This document shows positions 9,434 to 18,925 of a stretch of DNA of 64,000 nt, piece after piece. Under the pieces are notes generated by a model. It did no database searches and was not told the origin of the DNA. It worked only from the letters and a program-made list of their open reading frames with translations. Location of the stretch: assembly GCA_963828465.1 (NCBI GenBank), contig CAWHEU010000004.1, forward strand, positions 1,340-65,339, in the 5' to 3' direction. This DNA is from an uncultured Acidobacteriota bacterium. GTDB taxonomy: Bacteria; Actinomycetota; Acidimicrobiia; Spongiisociales; ZC4RG35. A program made the translations under genes and the position numbers. How positions within the stretch are numbered: position 1 is the first letter of the stretch; each line of letters opens with the position of its first letter.

Positions 9434-11542
9434 TCAGATGAGATCAGCGATCATTTTCGCGGCCTTGGCGGCGCCATTCGACTCCACTCCGAGGTAGTCG
9501 ACGGGCGCGCCGGCGCGAGAAATGATCTCTGTTGCGATTGCCGCAGGATCGGTCACCGCGTAGTCCATGTATTGCCCCGCTCCGTAGCGGTCGAGCCGAT
9601 GACGAACGTGGTAGTTCTGCTCGAAATGGTTCCGCAGCGGGAAATAGAGAAACGGGGTCCTCGCCGCAGCCAGCTCCATAGTGGTAGTGAGGCCTCCTTG
9701 CACAATGGCCAGATCGCAGACGGCCAGGTGCCTGTAGAGGCCATGGACATAGCCGTGGTACTCGAGACCGCCATGTACGGGGAGGCCGGCCGGGTCGATG
9801 CGGGGCCCCGCCACTACGACCATGCGCAACTCTGGCATTGACTGCTTTGCCAGCGGGTACGCGGCGATCACCTTCTCCAGCAAGTCACGCCCCACCCCCG
9901 ACCCGCCGACTGTGACCACACACACCTTCTCGTCCTCTCCGTAGCCGAGCTCGGACCGCCATGAGGCCATCTCATCATCGGTGGGTGGCTCGAACCCGGT
10001 GATGTAGCCGGTGAACTGGAAGTGCTCTTCGGTCCAGTCCCGGATCTTGGGAAGGCCTGGACCGAACGTCTCGGGCACGATGTCGTCGGGGTTGCCGACG
10101 AACAGTGCGAGGTCGCGGATCCGGGGATAGCGGGCGATGTGCTCGATCATCTCGGCGTTGTAATCGGCGGTGAGGTACTCCTCGTGACTACCACCTGATG
10201 GCATGGGGAGGAATCCGACGAAGTCGGTCATCCAGACATGGTCACCCCGCTTGAGCTCCGGGTTCTCGTGCCAGAAATGATCGATGTCCCACGCCTCATC
10301 CCCCAGGGAGAGGTCGTACAGGCCTTCTTCCATGACCTCCTGGAAGATCATGAAGTTGGCCACCAGGATCTCGTCCATGCGGCGCAATGCCTGGAAGCAA
10401 TGCAGATCATGACCGGATGCCTCGGAGGCGATGTGGGCCGACTCACTGGCCAGCCACTCACTGGCGGGGTGAATGGCCTCCCCTTCGGCTTCGAGGACAC
10501 GGGTCACCGGGTCTTGCGCGAGCCAATCGATCTCCAGATCCGGGCGCAGCTTCTTCAGCTCCTTGGCGATGGCAACGTCCCGCCGGGCGTGACCCAGCCC
10601 GATCGGTGAGGAGACATAAAGGACACGCTTCCTCCGGTTGAGGCCGCGACCCCAGCGGATCGGGCTCCCCATCGGGCCAGAGATTCGACCGGCGAACTCC
10701 CTGATTAGTTGATTCACCACCACAGGGTCCCGGGCCAATGGGATATGGCCGCCGTCCTGGACCGTGACGAGACTTCCTCCGGTGGCCTCGGCGAGTCGAC
10801 GGGCCCGAGAGAGGGGACTGATTCGATCGTGGTCACCGTGGATCACCAGGACCGGGCTGGTGACCCGGCTGCACAACTCGAGAACCTTCTCATGGTCTAC
10901 ATCGTCGACCTTCGCTTCGGCGACCAGGACCTCTGCTTGGGTTTCCAGCGCCCACCCGACACAGTCCTCGCGCTGCTTGGTGGAGTGGGGCTCGGGGAAG
11001 CACTCGGAGAAGAAGAACTCTGCGAAATCCTCGTAGTTCGTCTGCCAGTAGTGAGCGTTGTACTTCTCCCACCCCTGGGGGTCGACGTGCTCGGCCCAGA
11101 AGGCGTCTTCGATCCCCGCCCGCGCGGCCGCGGGTGGGGTGATGGGGAGCGAAGGGCCGATGAACACCTGGCCGAGGACTCGATCCGGATGTTCCGCCGC
11201 AACACTCAGCGACCACATCGATCCCTTGGACAGCGAAACCAGAACCGCCTCGTCCGTGCGCGTCTCATCCATGACTTCGATCGCATGCGAAGCCTGTGCC
11301 GCCAGTGAATAGATCTGCGGGTCAACGGTTCGATCCGAGCGCCCGTTGCCAGGCCCGTCGTAGGTGATCACCCGGAAATGTCTGGCCAGATAGGGAACCT
11401 GCAACTTCCAGAATCGGGAGTGGATGATGGTCCAGGTCGGCAGGAGAAGGAGAGTGACGTCGCCCTCGCCGAACACCTCATACCCGATGCTCAGTCCGCC
11501 CCTCTCCACGAAGCCCTCGGAGTCAGGGTGCCTAGCTCTCAT
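9434..11542 (-). CDS. Fusion protein: N-terminal alpha/beta hydrolase plus C-terminal GT-B glycosyltransferase (GT28/MurG-like C-domain)
   Basis: Residues ~1-290: 'ITYDGPGNGRSD', nucleophile elbow 'VSLSKGS', 'VIHGDHDRISP'. Residues ~310-700: 'VSSPIGLGHARRD', 'VTVGGSGVG', 'AIVQGGLTTTMELAAARTPFLYFP'. The ATG at 11542 has a GGAGGAGG SD 8 nt upstream and overlaps the TetR stop. Confidence 0.75.
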   Translation of the reverse strand: MRARHPDSEGFVERGGLSIGYEVFGEGDVTLLLLPTWTIIHSRFWKLQVPYLARHFRVITYDGPGNGRSDRTVDPQIYSLAAQASHAIEVMDETRTDEAVLVSLSKGSMWSLSVAAEHPDRVLGQVFIGPSLPITPPAAARAGIEDAFWAEHVDPQGWEKYNAHYWQTNYEDFAEFFFSECFPEPHSTKQREDCVGWALETQAEVLVAEAKVDDVDHEKVLELCSRVTSPVLVIHGDHDRISPLSRARRLAEATGGSLVTVQDGGHIPLARDPVVVNQLIREFAGRISGPMGSPIRWGRGLNRRKRVLYVSSPIGLGHARRDVAIAKELKKLRPDLEIDWLAQDPVTRVLEAEGEAIHPASEWLASESAHIASEASGHDLHCFQALRRMDEILVANFMIFQEVMEEGLYDLSLGDEAWDIDHFWHENPELKRGDHVWMTDFVGFLPMPSGGSHEEYLTADYNAEMIEHIARYPRIRDLALFVGNPDDIVPETFGPGLPKIRDWTEEHFQFTGYITGFEPPTDDEMASWRSELGYGEDEKVCVVTVGGSGVGRDLLEKVIAAYPLAKQSMPELRMVVVAGPRIDPAGLPVHGGLEYHGYVHGLYRHLAVCDLAIVQGGLTTTMELAAARTPFLYFPLRNHFEQNYHVRHRLDRYGAGQYMDYAVTDPAAIATEIISRAGAPVDYLGVESNGAAKAAKMIADLI

Positions 11543-12143
11543 GGTGAGCACCCTCCTCCAATGCCCTGATCACCTGCCCGACCTTCCACAGAGCACTGCG
11601 AGCAGGGAGATCGGACTCGCCCACCCCGAGCAGGATGTAGGCCTCGGCCCCGATGAAGGGGAGGCCGGCCAGGGCGCCCACCTCAGCCGCGGTGAAAGGG
11701 CCGAGGCCACCCAGCTGACGCTCGGCCCGCTCCGCCACCGAGGCAAGGATGCGTTGCCAGCCCTTCAACTGCTCCCAGACCGCCTCGGCGATCTCGCGGT
11801 CAGACCAACCTGCGGCGATCATCTCGTGGAGCACGCGGACATACCCGGATGCCAGGTCTTCTTCCAGGAAATCGCAGGCACGTTCCCACTGCATCCAGAT
11901 CGGAATTCCCGATTCGAACATTCGCTCCTGACGGTCGAGCAGCCTCTGGTTCTCGACTTCGAGGACTGCCAACACCAACCTCTGCTTGGAGCCGAAGTGG
12001 TAGTGGATCTGACTCAGCGGCACACCGGCCCGCTCGGCGATGATGCGTGTCGAGAATCTGGCATAACCGACCTCGAGCAGCACCTGCTTGGCCGCGGCGA
12101 GGATCGAGTTGGCGGTGTCGGTGCGAGCGATTTGCTGTGTCAT
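11532..12143 (-). CDS. TetR family transcriptional regulator
   Basis: N-terminal HTH 'ILAAAKQVLLEVGYARFSTRIIAERAGVPLSQIHYHFGSK'; 203 aa. Confidence 0.9.
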   Translation of the reverse strand: MTQQIARTDTANSILAAAKQVLLEVGYARFSTRIIAERAGVPLSQIHYHFGSKQRLVLAVLEVENQRLLDRQERMFESGIPIWMQWERACDFLEEDLASGYVRVLHEMIAAGWSDREIAEAVWEQLKGWQRILASVAERAERQLGGLGPFTAAEVGALAGLPFIGAEAYILLGVGESDLPARSALWKVGQVIRALEEGAHHES

Positions 12144-12160
12144 GGCTGGTACCGGTCTAC

Positions 12161-12176
12161 TCGGTCGATCGACCGA
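12161..12176. promoter_or_regulatory. Perfect 16-bp palindrome, candidate TetR operator
   Basis: 'TCGGTCGATCGACCGA', 18-33 nt upstream of the TetR start codon. Confidence 0.5.
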
Positions 12177-12216
12177 ACTAACCCTACGCGGTCAGAGGCT
12201 GAGGGTCAAGAGTGAA

Positions 12217-13704
12217 TCAGTGGCTCTTCACGAACGGGCTCACCTCACGTTCGTAGACCACCCGGCCGTTCACCCCTTCGAGATTGGAAGGCGCCGCCTC
12301 GAGACGGGCCTTCAACTCCGGTTCCAGATCGACTGCGAGCACCTGTCGAGCCAGCTCGCATACCCGCCCGGCGTGACGGAGGACAAAGACGGCCTCCAAT
12401 CCAGAGATGTCGTCGAAAAACCATCCGCAGGACGTGTACATCAACATCGCATGCTCCTGGATCTGGAGGTGCCCGATCGCCCTTGCCCGCTGATCCATGT
12501 CCAAGCCCGGTCTGGCGTGCTTCTCCAGGAAGTCCTCGACCGAGCCGCCGAGAACGACCGCGATGTAATCGTCTCGTGCCTGCCACGGGTCCTCGAGCAG
12601 CTCGGCGCCGATGGACTCGAAAGGGCCGATCAACTCGTCACGCAGCCAGTCGAGGGCGGAGCGGAGCGGGCCACGCCAACGCTGATGCCCGGTCGGCTCA
12701 CGCCCGGTGTGGCAGCCACAGTCGGCTCTCCAACGTTCGACACCGTGAGCACAGCTCCACGAGGAGTCCTCGACGATGGCGGCGCGCAAGGTGGGTGGGG
12801 CGAGAGAGAGGAACTCCGGATAGTTCGTCAGTCGCGCCTCAGGATCGGCGTCGATCGTTTCCAGAGCGACCGCGAGAGCCATTTCCCCGTGCCGGTGATG
12901 ATGGCCGTAAGTCTCACCGTCGGTCGCGACATGGGCCAACCGAGGGCCGATCCCGAGCTCCCCCACCGCCGAAATCAATCGGTGCGCCAGCGCTTTGCCG
13001 TCTTTGAGGAGACCATCGAAGGCGATCTCGCGGGAGAGCGGCCCGTCGTAGAAGAAGACGACGACCGATCGACCGTCGCCCAGATCGATGCGATAGGGGA
13101 TGCGGGTGTCGATTCTCCCCCCGTCGACATCCGACCATGACCGGTCGATGCCCTCGACCGCGGCGGCCTGGTACGGGGAAAGCACGGTGAACTTGATCCC
13201 CTCCCGGGCCAGGATGTCGAGGCTCTCTGTGTCGACCGCCGTCTCCGGTAGCCACATCCCTTCCGGACGCCGACCGAACCGATGCTCGAAGTCGGCGATG
13301 CCCCAACGTACCTGGGTCATTTTGTCCCGTCGGTTGGACAGAGGGAGGATGGAGTGGTTGTAGGCCTGGGCCATTGCCGAGCCGTGACCGGCGAACCTCC
13401 GAGCCGAAGCGTCATCCGAGTCGATGATCGCCCGGTAAGTCTCCGGGTCGGCCTCCTCGAGCCAGCTGAGCAGGGTCGGGCCGAAGTCGAAGCTGATCGA
13501 CTCGTAGGTGCTGACTGTCCTGGTGACTTCGCCATTGCCGTCGAGGATGGGCGCGCGAGTGTTGGCGGCGTAAGACTCCTCGGTGATGCGCTTGTTCCAG
13601 TCGTGCCAGGGCGCGGCCGATGGCTGTTCCGGCACCTTCCCGGTGAAAGGGTTCTCCCGGGGTGGCTGGTAGAAGTGCCCGTGAATGCAGACGAACTTGC
13701 TCAA
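12217..13704 (-). CDS. Glycoside hydrolase family 57 protein (alpha-glucan-active)
   Basis: N-terminal signature 'CIHGHFYQPPRENPF' and 'HVATDGETYGHH', typical of GH57. Confidence 0.85.
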   Translation of the reverse strand: MSKFVCIHGHFYQPPRENPFTGKVPEQPSAAPWHDWNKRITEESYAANTRAPILDGNGEVTRTVSTYESISFDFGPTLLSWLEEADPETYRAIIDSDDASARRFAGHGSAMAQAYNHSILPLSNRRDKMTQVRWGIADFEHRFGRRPEGMWLPETAVDTESLDILAREGIKFTVLSPYQAAAVEGIDRSWSDVDGGRIDTRIPYRIDLGDGRSVVVFFYDGPLSREIAFDGLLKDGKALAHRLISAVGELGIGPRLAHVATDGETYGHHHRHGEMALAVALETIDADPEARLTNYPEFLSLAPPTLRAAIVEDSSWSCAHGVERWRADCGCHTGREPTGHQRWRGPLRSALDWLRDELIGPFESIGAELLEDPWQARDDYIAVVLGGSVEDFLEKHARPGLDMDQRARAIGHLQIQEHAMLMYTSCGWFFDDISGLEAVFVLRHAGRVCELARQVLAVDLEPELKARLEAAPSNLEGVNGRVVYEREVSPFVKSH

Positions 13705-13733
13705 AGCGGAGTCAACCTAAGAACGCCAAGGGA

Positions 13734-15704
13734 CTAGCCGGTCTTCCCCGGCATCGGTTCATGACGGAGGATGACCACGCCGAGCGGTGGGAGTGTGAGG
13801 TCGATGCTCTGAGGGAGGCCGTGGTGGGGCACTGCCAGTGGACCGGTGTCGACGCCCCCCAGGTTGCCTTGCCCACTGCCTCCATATAGGTCTGCGTCGG
13901 TATTCAGGATCTCGACCCATCGACCGGGACCGGGCACGCCGACGCGATAGGCATGCCGGGGCACGGGTGTGAGATTGACCGCCACGAGCAGGGCATCGCC
14001 GGCCGATGACCGTCGAAAGTATGCGAGGACACTGTTGGCCGCGTCATTGGGCACCGCCCATTCGAAACCCGCCGGATCGCAGTCCAACTCATGGAGGGCC
14101 GGCTCCCCGGCATAGATCCGATTGAGATCGGCGACGAGCCGGTGGATCCCGCGGTGGGGCGGCACCTCGAGGACAGACCAGTCCACTTGGTCGTCATGGG
14201 ACCATTCCGAGCGCTGGGCGATCTCGGAGCCCATGAACAGGAGCTTCTTTCCCGGCTGGGACCACATGTAGGCAAGAAGAAGGCGAAGGGTGGCGAACTT
14301 CTGCCAGTCGTCCCCGGGGAACTTCTCGAGCAAGGCGCGCTTGCCATAGACGACCTCGTCATGAGAGATGGGGAGCATGAAGTTCTCACTGAAGGCGTAC
14401 ACCGCCCGAAAGGTCAACTCGTGGTGATGAAAGGAGCGATGCACCGGCTCGCGTGAGAGATGGACCAGGGTGTCGTGCATCCATCCCATATCCCACTTGA
14501 GCCCGAATCCGAGGCCGCCGAGAAATGTCGGCCGCGATACCAGGGGCCATGAGGTCGATTCCTCGGCAACGGTCTGAACGGCCGGATACTCCTGATAGAC
14601 GACCTCGTTCAGCCGCCGGATGAATGCAATCGCCTCCAGGTTCTCTCGGCCCCCATGCCGGTTCGGGATCCACTGCCCCGTCCGGCGCGAGTAGTCGAGG
14701 TAGAGCATCGAAGCCACCGCGTCGACTCTGAGCCCGTCGGCGTGGTAGCGGTCGAGCCAGAACAGGGCATTGCTGATGAGGAAGGCGGGCACCTCGGCCC
14801 GTCCGTAGTTGAAGATGTACGTGTCCCAGTCGGGATGGAAACCCATCTTCGGATCGGCGTGTTCATACAGATGGGTCCCGTCGAAGAGACCAAGGCCATG
14901 CCCATCGGTCGGGAAATGCGAGGGCACCCAGTCGAGGATCACTCCGATTCCCGCCCGGTGGAGGGCGTCGATCAGAGTCATGAAGTCCTGAGGGGCGCCG
15001 TATCGACTGGTCGGCGCGAAATAGCCGGTGGTCTGATAGCCCCACGAGCCGTAGAACGGGTGCTCCATCACCGGCATCAGCTCGACGTGGGTGAAGCCGA
15101 GATCCACGAGGTATGCCGGGAGTTGCTCGGCCAGCTCTAAATACGTGAGATGGCGTCCGCCTTCCCCCCGACGCCACGAACCGAGATGCATCTCGTATAC
15201 GGCCATCGGGGCATCGAGAGTGTTTCGCCCAGCACGGTTCCCCATCCACTCCGCGTCGTCCCATTCGTAGTCCAGGTCCCAGACCTTGGAGGCAGTCTTG
15301 GGAGGGGTCTCGGTGTGGACCGCAAACGGGTCGGCTTTCTCCCCGACGATGCGCCCGTTGCCAATTCGGTACTTGTAGGCAGCGCCCTGACCCACTCCCT
15401 CGACGAATCCCTCCCATATCCCGGAAACGCCTCGAGGGTTGAGCCTGTCGGTGACAGGATCCCAGCCGTTCCAATCACCGACTACGGAAACCGAGTCGGC
15501 GTTGGGGGCCCAGACCGCGAATTGGACGCCCCCCTCTACCCGATGGGAGCCCAGTTTCTCGTAGAGGCGGTAGTGGGTTCCCTCGTTCCAGAGATGGAGG
15601 TCGTCCTCACTCAGTAGGCTGGTCGGAGCCAGGGGACGTTGGGGCACCACGTCGAGTGTATAGGTCAAATGGCTTATGGCGACTTGGGTCCGAAGGCCCA
15701 TCAT
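13734..15704 (-). CDS. glgB: 1,4-alpha-glucan branching enzyme
   Basis: GH13 catalytic regions 'ILDWVPSHF', 'GLRVDAVASMLY', 'VAEESTSWP' and 'ISHDEVV', plus an N-terminal CBM48-like region. Confidence 0.9.
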   Translation of the reverse strand: MMGLRTQVAISHLTYTLDVVPQRPLAPTSLLSEDDLHLWNEGTHYRLYEKLGSHRVEGGVQFAVWAPNADSVSVVGDWNGWDPVTDRLNPRGVSGIWEGFVEGVGQGAAYKYRIGNGRIVGEKADPFAVHTETPPKTASKVWDLDYEWDDAEWMGNRAGRNTLDAPMAVYEMHLGSWRRGEGGRHLTYLELAEQLPAYLVDLGFTHVELMPVMEHPFYGSWGYQTTGYFAPTSRYGAPQDFMTLIDALHRAGIGVILDWVPSHFPTDGHGLGLFDGTHLYEHADPKMGFHPDWDTYIFNYGRAEVPAFLISNALFWLDRYHADGLRVDAVASMLYLDYSRRTGQWIPNRHGGRENLEAIAFIRRLNEVVYQEYPAVQTVAEESTSWPLVSRPTFLGGLGFGLKWDMGWMHDTLVHLSREPVHRSFHHHELTFRAVYAFSENFMLPISHDEVVYGKRALLEKFPGDDWQKFATLRLLLAYMWSQPGKKLLFMGSEIAQRSEWSHDDQVDWSVLEVPPHRGIHRLVADLNRIYAGEPALHELDCDPAGFEWAVPNDAANSVLAYFRRSSAGDALLVAVNLTPVPRHAYRVGVPGPGRWVEILNTDADLYGGSGQGNLGGVDTGPLAVPHHGLPQSIDLTLPPLGVVILRHEPMPGKTG

Positions 15705-15898
15705 GGTGGCGGGCTGGCTGCGGCAACCTCTCCGGTTGGGGCGACCAGTGGGGAGGCGCTAACGACCCGGGCAACGATTCGGCCATCGCCCAGAACCGGC
15801 CGTTCCTTGCCCCACTCGACGAGATCACCGTCTACTCGGGAACGGCTCTCACCACCCAGCAGATCGCTTTCCTCTACTGGGCCCGGTGACTCGGGCGG

Positions 15899-17188
15899 TC
15901 AGCTCTGGAGTTCGACGATGAAGCGGGGCTCTCCGGACGTGTCGTCCTGCCAATTGATCGAGAAGTCCGAGCCCGACACGTCGACCGAATGGGCGATGAT
16001 GCTTCCGAACACTGAGACATTCGACGAGGACGACATCTGGATCTCGCCCTTCGGGGCGTACATGAGGCCGGTCCAGCTGATGCCGTTACCGCTGTACTGG
16101 ATGGCGTTGACATTGCAGGCCGGCGGACTGCCGGCATTGGAGAACATGAGCAATGGGGAATAACCACCCGTTGCAACCGGTGCGTGACCCGTGATGCTGG
16201 CAGCGCCGTTCAGTTCGATCTGCCCCTCGGCGACAAAGGTAACCGTCACACCCGGCGCCGTGGTGACACCCTTGAGATCGATCGCCTTGTTGCCGGTCTT
16301 ATCCGTGTAATAGATCCCCGATTGGGTGATAACGATGCTCGCGTTGTTCCCGGTGGCATGACCGTTGGAGACCATCCAGCCGTTGTCGATGCTGACGCCC
16401 GGAGCAGCGTTGAAGTAGGCGCCTGTGGCCCGGGGACCGCCGGGCGCGAACTCGTCGATTTCCAGGTCCAGTGGATATTCCTTGGGTGAACCGAAGTATT
16501 TCTCGGCGTCTGCGGCGACATCCGCTTCGTTGGTGTTGAGATTTCCGCGGTATTCGATCGACCCAGTGACATTCGCGTCCGAACCGGTGATCTTCAGATC
16601 ACCGTTGGAGAAGATCCCGCCGTTGACCGTCTTGGTCGACCCACTCAGGTCCAGCTCGACGGCACCACCGGTAGCGCAAGTCTCGGCACCGGCGAAGATG
16701 GCATAGCCCCCGAGGAACGGCTCCTGTTCACAGGTGGCCACGCCTTGCGAGACCACGGTGAGACTCTCGGCCCCAACTCCGGGCCCGGCGAACGTGGTGT
16801 CGTTGACCCTCTGAATGATCACCTCATACTCGGTGTCGTCGAGTTCGTTCACGGTCACCACGACCTCGGGGTCGTTGTCGTCGTAGCCGTTCTCGGCAGC
16901 GACGGCGAGGGCCGATCCCTCCGGGTCGGGGTCGGCGGCGTCGCGGGGGTTGCACGACTCCCACGCGGCGGCCAGGGCGGCGTTGTCGGCTGCGTTCTGC
17001 GTTCCGCGTCGTTGGTCGAATCCGAGGCCCCCATCGATGGCGAGGGCGGCGAACCCCACCAACACGAAGAGGGAGATGGCTACCAGGATGGCGGCGGCGC
17101 CTTTTTCGTCTCGGATTCGCGGCTGCAATTCTCTGTTCCTTCTTGGGTCTGGACCCTTGGGGTCGTGATGCTTTTCGTTGGTGGTCAT
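15899..17188 (-). CDS. TadG-like pseudopilin / Flp pilus-assembly protein with a repeat-rich (beta-helix-like) C-terminal domain
   Basis: N-terminal TadE/G-like segment 'GAAAILVAISLFVLVGFAALAIDGGLGFDQRRGTQNAADNAALAAA'. ATGA overlap with the upstream gene. Confidence 0.7.
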   Translation of the reverse strand: MTTNEKHHDPKGPDPRRNRELQPRIRDEKGAAAILVAISLFVLVGFAALAIDGGLGFDQRRGTQNAADNAALAAAWESCNPRDAADPDPEGSALAVAAENGYDDNDPEVVVTVNELDDTEYEVIIQRVNDTTFAGPGVGAESLTVVSQGVATCEQEPFLGGYAIFAGAETCATGGAVELDLSGSTKTVNGGIFSNGDLKITGSDANVTGSIEYRGNLNTNEADVAADAEKYFGSPKEYPLDLEIDEFAPGGPRATGAYFNAAPGVSIDNGWMVSNGHATGNNASIVITQSGIYYTDKTGNKAIDLKGVTTAPGVTVTFVAEGQIELNGAASITGHAPVATGGYSPLLMFSNAGSPPACNVNAIQYSGNGISWTGLMYAPKGEIQMSSSSNVSVFGSIIAHSVDVSGSDFSINWQDDTSGEPRFIVELQS

Positions 17189-17637
17189 GGTCCGGGGAAT
17201 GCCAATGCGCCTGTGGGGCAGTTGTCGAAGAATCGATCTGCCTCGGAACTCGGGCTCAGGGTTATCTCTCCACCGAGAAAGGGCCCCACGATCGGGGTGA
17301 TCATGTCGACGTCGTGGGTGACATCGATCCGTATCCGTGATCCGTCGAGGAGGTCACGCGGGTCGGGCTCGCAGTAAACGGCGACGGTGGTGGCGGATGT
17401 GCTCAGATCGGGCGAGGACACAGCCGCCCGCACCCTGGCCTCGATACTTGCCGCGGTGGCGTTCTCGGTATAGGCGCCGTAGCTGGCACCGTCCTGGACT
17501 GCGTCACGAACTGAGATGTTGGCGACGATTGCCCTGCCGACGTCGACGATTCCGAGGAGGAGGACGAGAAGGAACATGCTCACGAATGCCATTTCCACGG
17601 CGGCAGCACCCCGATCGGAAGAGCGATGTCTACCCAC
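17185..17637 (-). CDS. TadE-like pseudopilin
   Basis: 'DRGAAAVEMAFVSMFLLVLLLGIVDVGRA', the TadE N-terminal motif. Confidence 0.75.
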   Translation of the reverse strand: MGRHRSSDRGAAAVEMAFVSMFLLVLLLGIVDVGRAIVANISVRDAVQDGASYGAYTENATAASIEARVRAAVSSPDLSTSATTVAVYCEPDPRDLLDGSRIRIDVTHDVDMITPIVGPFLGGEITLSPSSEADRFFDNCPTGALAFPGP

Positions 17638-18145
17638 CGACGACTCCCTTGAATACCGAGCGATTTTGGCTCGAGGTCAAATCGATCCCGTCGAGGAACG
17701 ACGACAAGAGGGGAACGATGGCGTTGAAGGTGCCCTCCACTTCGACCTGGACGCCGAACCCGTTGTCGATGTTGGTCGACCCTGATGGTGAGGGCGCCGG
17801 CAAAGGAGTCGCCGGGTCGCAGTCGGCGACCGGCGCACCCGCCACGTCGGAGAAGGTGATACTGACGTCGCTGGTGGCGAGGCTCATACCGATGACCTTG
17901 TCCAGGGCGGCTTCGGTGATCGAGGCGCAATCGAGGTAGTTGGGCAGCCCATCGCTGTCGCTGTCACCGACTGTGGTGGCGTACCGAGCTCCTTCACGAG
18001 CCGCGGTCCAAACCGTCGTGAACCCGTGCCCCAACCGTGCGAACTCGATAACGCCGAAAAGGAGAAGAAAGAGGAGCGGCGCGACCACGGCGAATTCGAC
18101 CAGGCTCGCGCCTCGATCATTCGCCCTGCCCTTGTTGAACAACAC
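17630..18145 (-). CDS. TadE-like pseudopilin
   Basis: 'DRGASLVEFAVVAPLLFLLLFGVIEFAR', the TadE N-terminal motif. Confidence 0.75.
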   Translation of the reverse strand: MLFNKGRANDRGASLVEFAVVAPLLFLLLFGVIEFARLGHGFTTVWTAAREGARYATTVGDSDSDGLPNYLDCASITEAALDKVIGMSLATSDVSITFSDVAGAPVADCDPATPLPAPSPSGSTNIDNGFGVQVEVEGTFNAIVPLLSSFLDGIDLTSSQNRSVFKGVVGG

Positions 18146-18343
18146 CGAGTACCCCCCTCACGGATTTCACCCGTGACCCTTACAGGTAGTTATCGTCCGC
18201 GATCGACAGAGGGTTACGAGAAATTCCCCGCCGAGCGATGATTACTCAGATATCGGCCGGGACTGTCGATACATAAGGAACAAAAAATTCTGCACTCGGT
18301 ATAGCCACTACGTGGAATCGACCGGTCCACCAATCACGAACTC

Positions 18344-18925
18344 ATGTCCGCACCTCACGCCACAATCGCCAACCCTCGAGACCACGATTTCGAGACGAGG
18401 CTTCGCGCCGCCAAGAACGGGGCGGAATGGGCCTGGGGCGCAATCTACCGCGACCTCGCCGGGACCGTGACCGGGTATCTCGCCAATCGGGGGGCGGCGG
18501 AGCCAGAAGACTTGACGTCGGAGACCTTCCTCCAGGTTGCGAGGAACATCTCGAGCTTCGAAGGCGACGAGTCGGCGTTTCGCTCCTGGGTTTTCGTAAT
18601 CGCCCACCGCCGGCTGATCGATTCACGTAGGGCGCGGCAACGTCGCCCCGAAACCATCACGCTTCCAGACCCCACGGGTGGTGGCGTGGGAGGAGACGTG
18701 GAGGTGGAGGCGCTCAATCGACTGACCACTGACGAGCTGAAGTCCGCTTTCGAGAAGCTGTCGGAGAGCCAATCCGATGTGCTCAGTCTCCGGATCATCG
18801 GTCAACTGACACTCGAGGAAACGGCTTCCGTTCTGGGGAAGCGGGTTGGCGCCGTCAAGGCTGCCCAAAGAAGGGGCCTGCTCGCCCTCAGCGAGCATCT
18901 CGACCTCAGCGGTGTAACCCGATGA
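18344..18925 (+). CDS. ECF-type RNA polymerase sigma factor
   Basis: Sigma-70 region 2 ('SETFLQVARNISSFEG..FRSWVFVIAHRRLID') and region 4 ('SQSDVLSLRIIGQLTLEETASVLGKRVGAVKAAQRRGL'); 193 aa. Confidence 0.85.
   Translation: MSAPHATIANPRDHDFETRLRAAKNGAEWAWGAIYRDLAGTVTGYLANRGAAEPEDLTSETFLQVARNISSFEGDESAFRSWVFVIAHRRLIDSRRARQRRPETITLPDPTGGGVGGDVEVEALNRLTTDELKSAFEKLSESQSDVLSLRIIGQLTLEETASVLGKRVGAVKAAQRRGLLALSEHLDLSGVTR

Noticed and set aside
9434-11551. The hydrolase-glycosyltransferase fusion as an artefact of the same indel problem seen elsewhere.
   Set aside because: I did not reject the fusion itself. The junction ('...REFAGRISGPMGSPIRWGRGLNRRKRVLYVSS...') shows no frame change, no remnant stop or start, and no homopolymer. 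I therefore kept it as a genuine single ORF pending read-level confirmation.
18277-18302. An ECF-type autoregulatory promoter, 'GGAAC-N15-CGGTAT', upstream of the ECF sigma gene.
   Set aside because: The -35-like GGAAC is present, but the -10 does not match the usual CGT-core of ECF promoters and the spacer is short. This is too weak to call.
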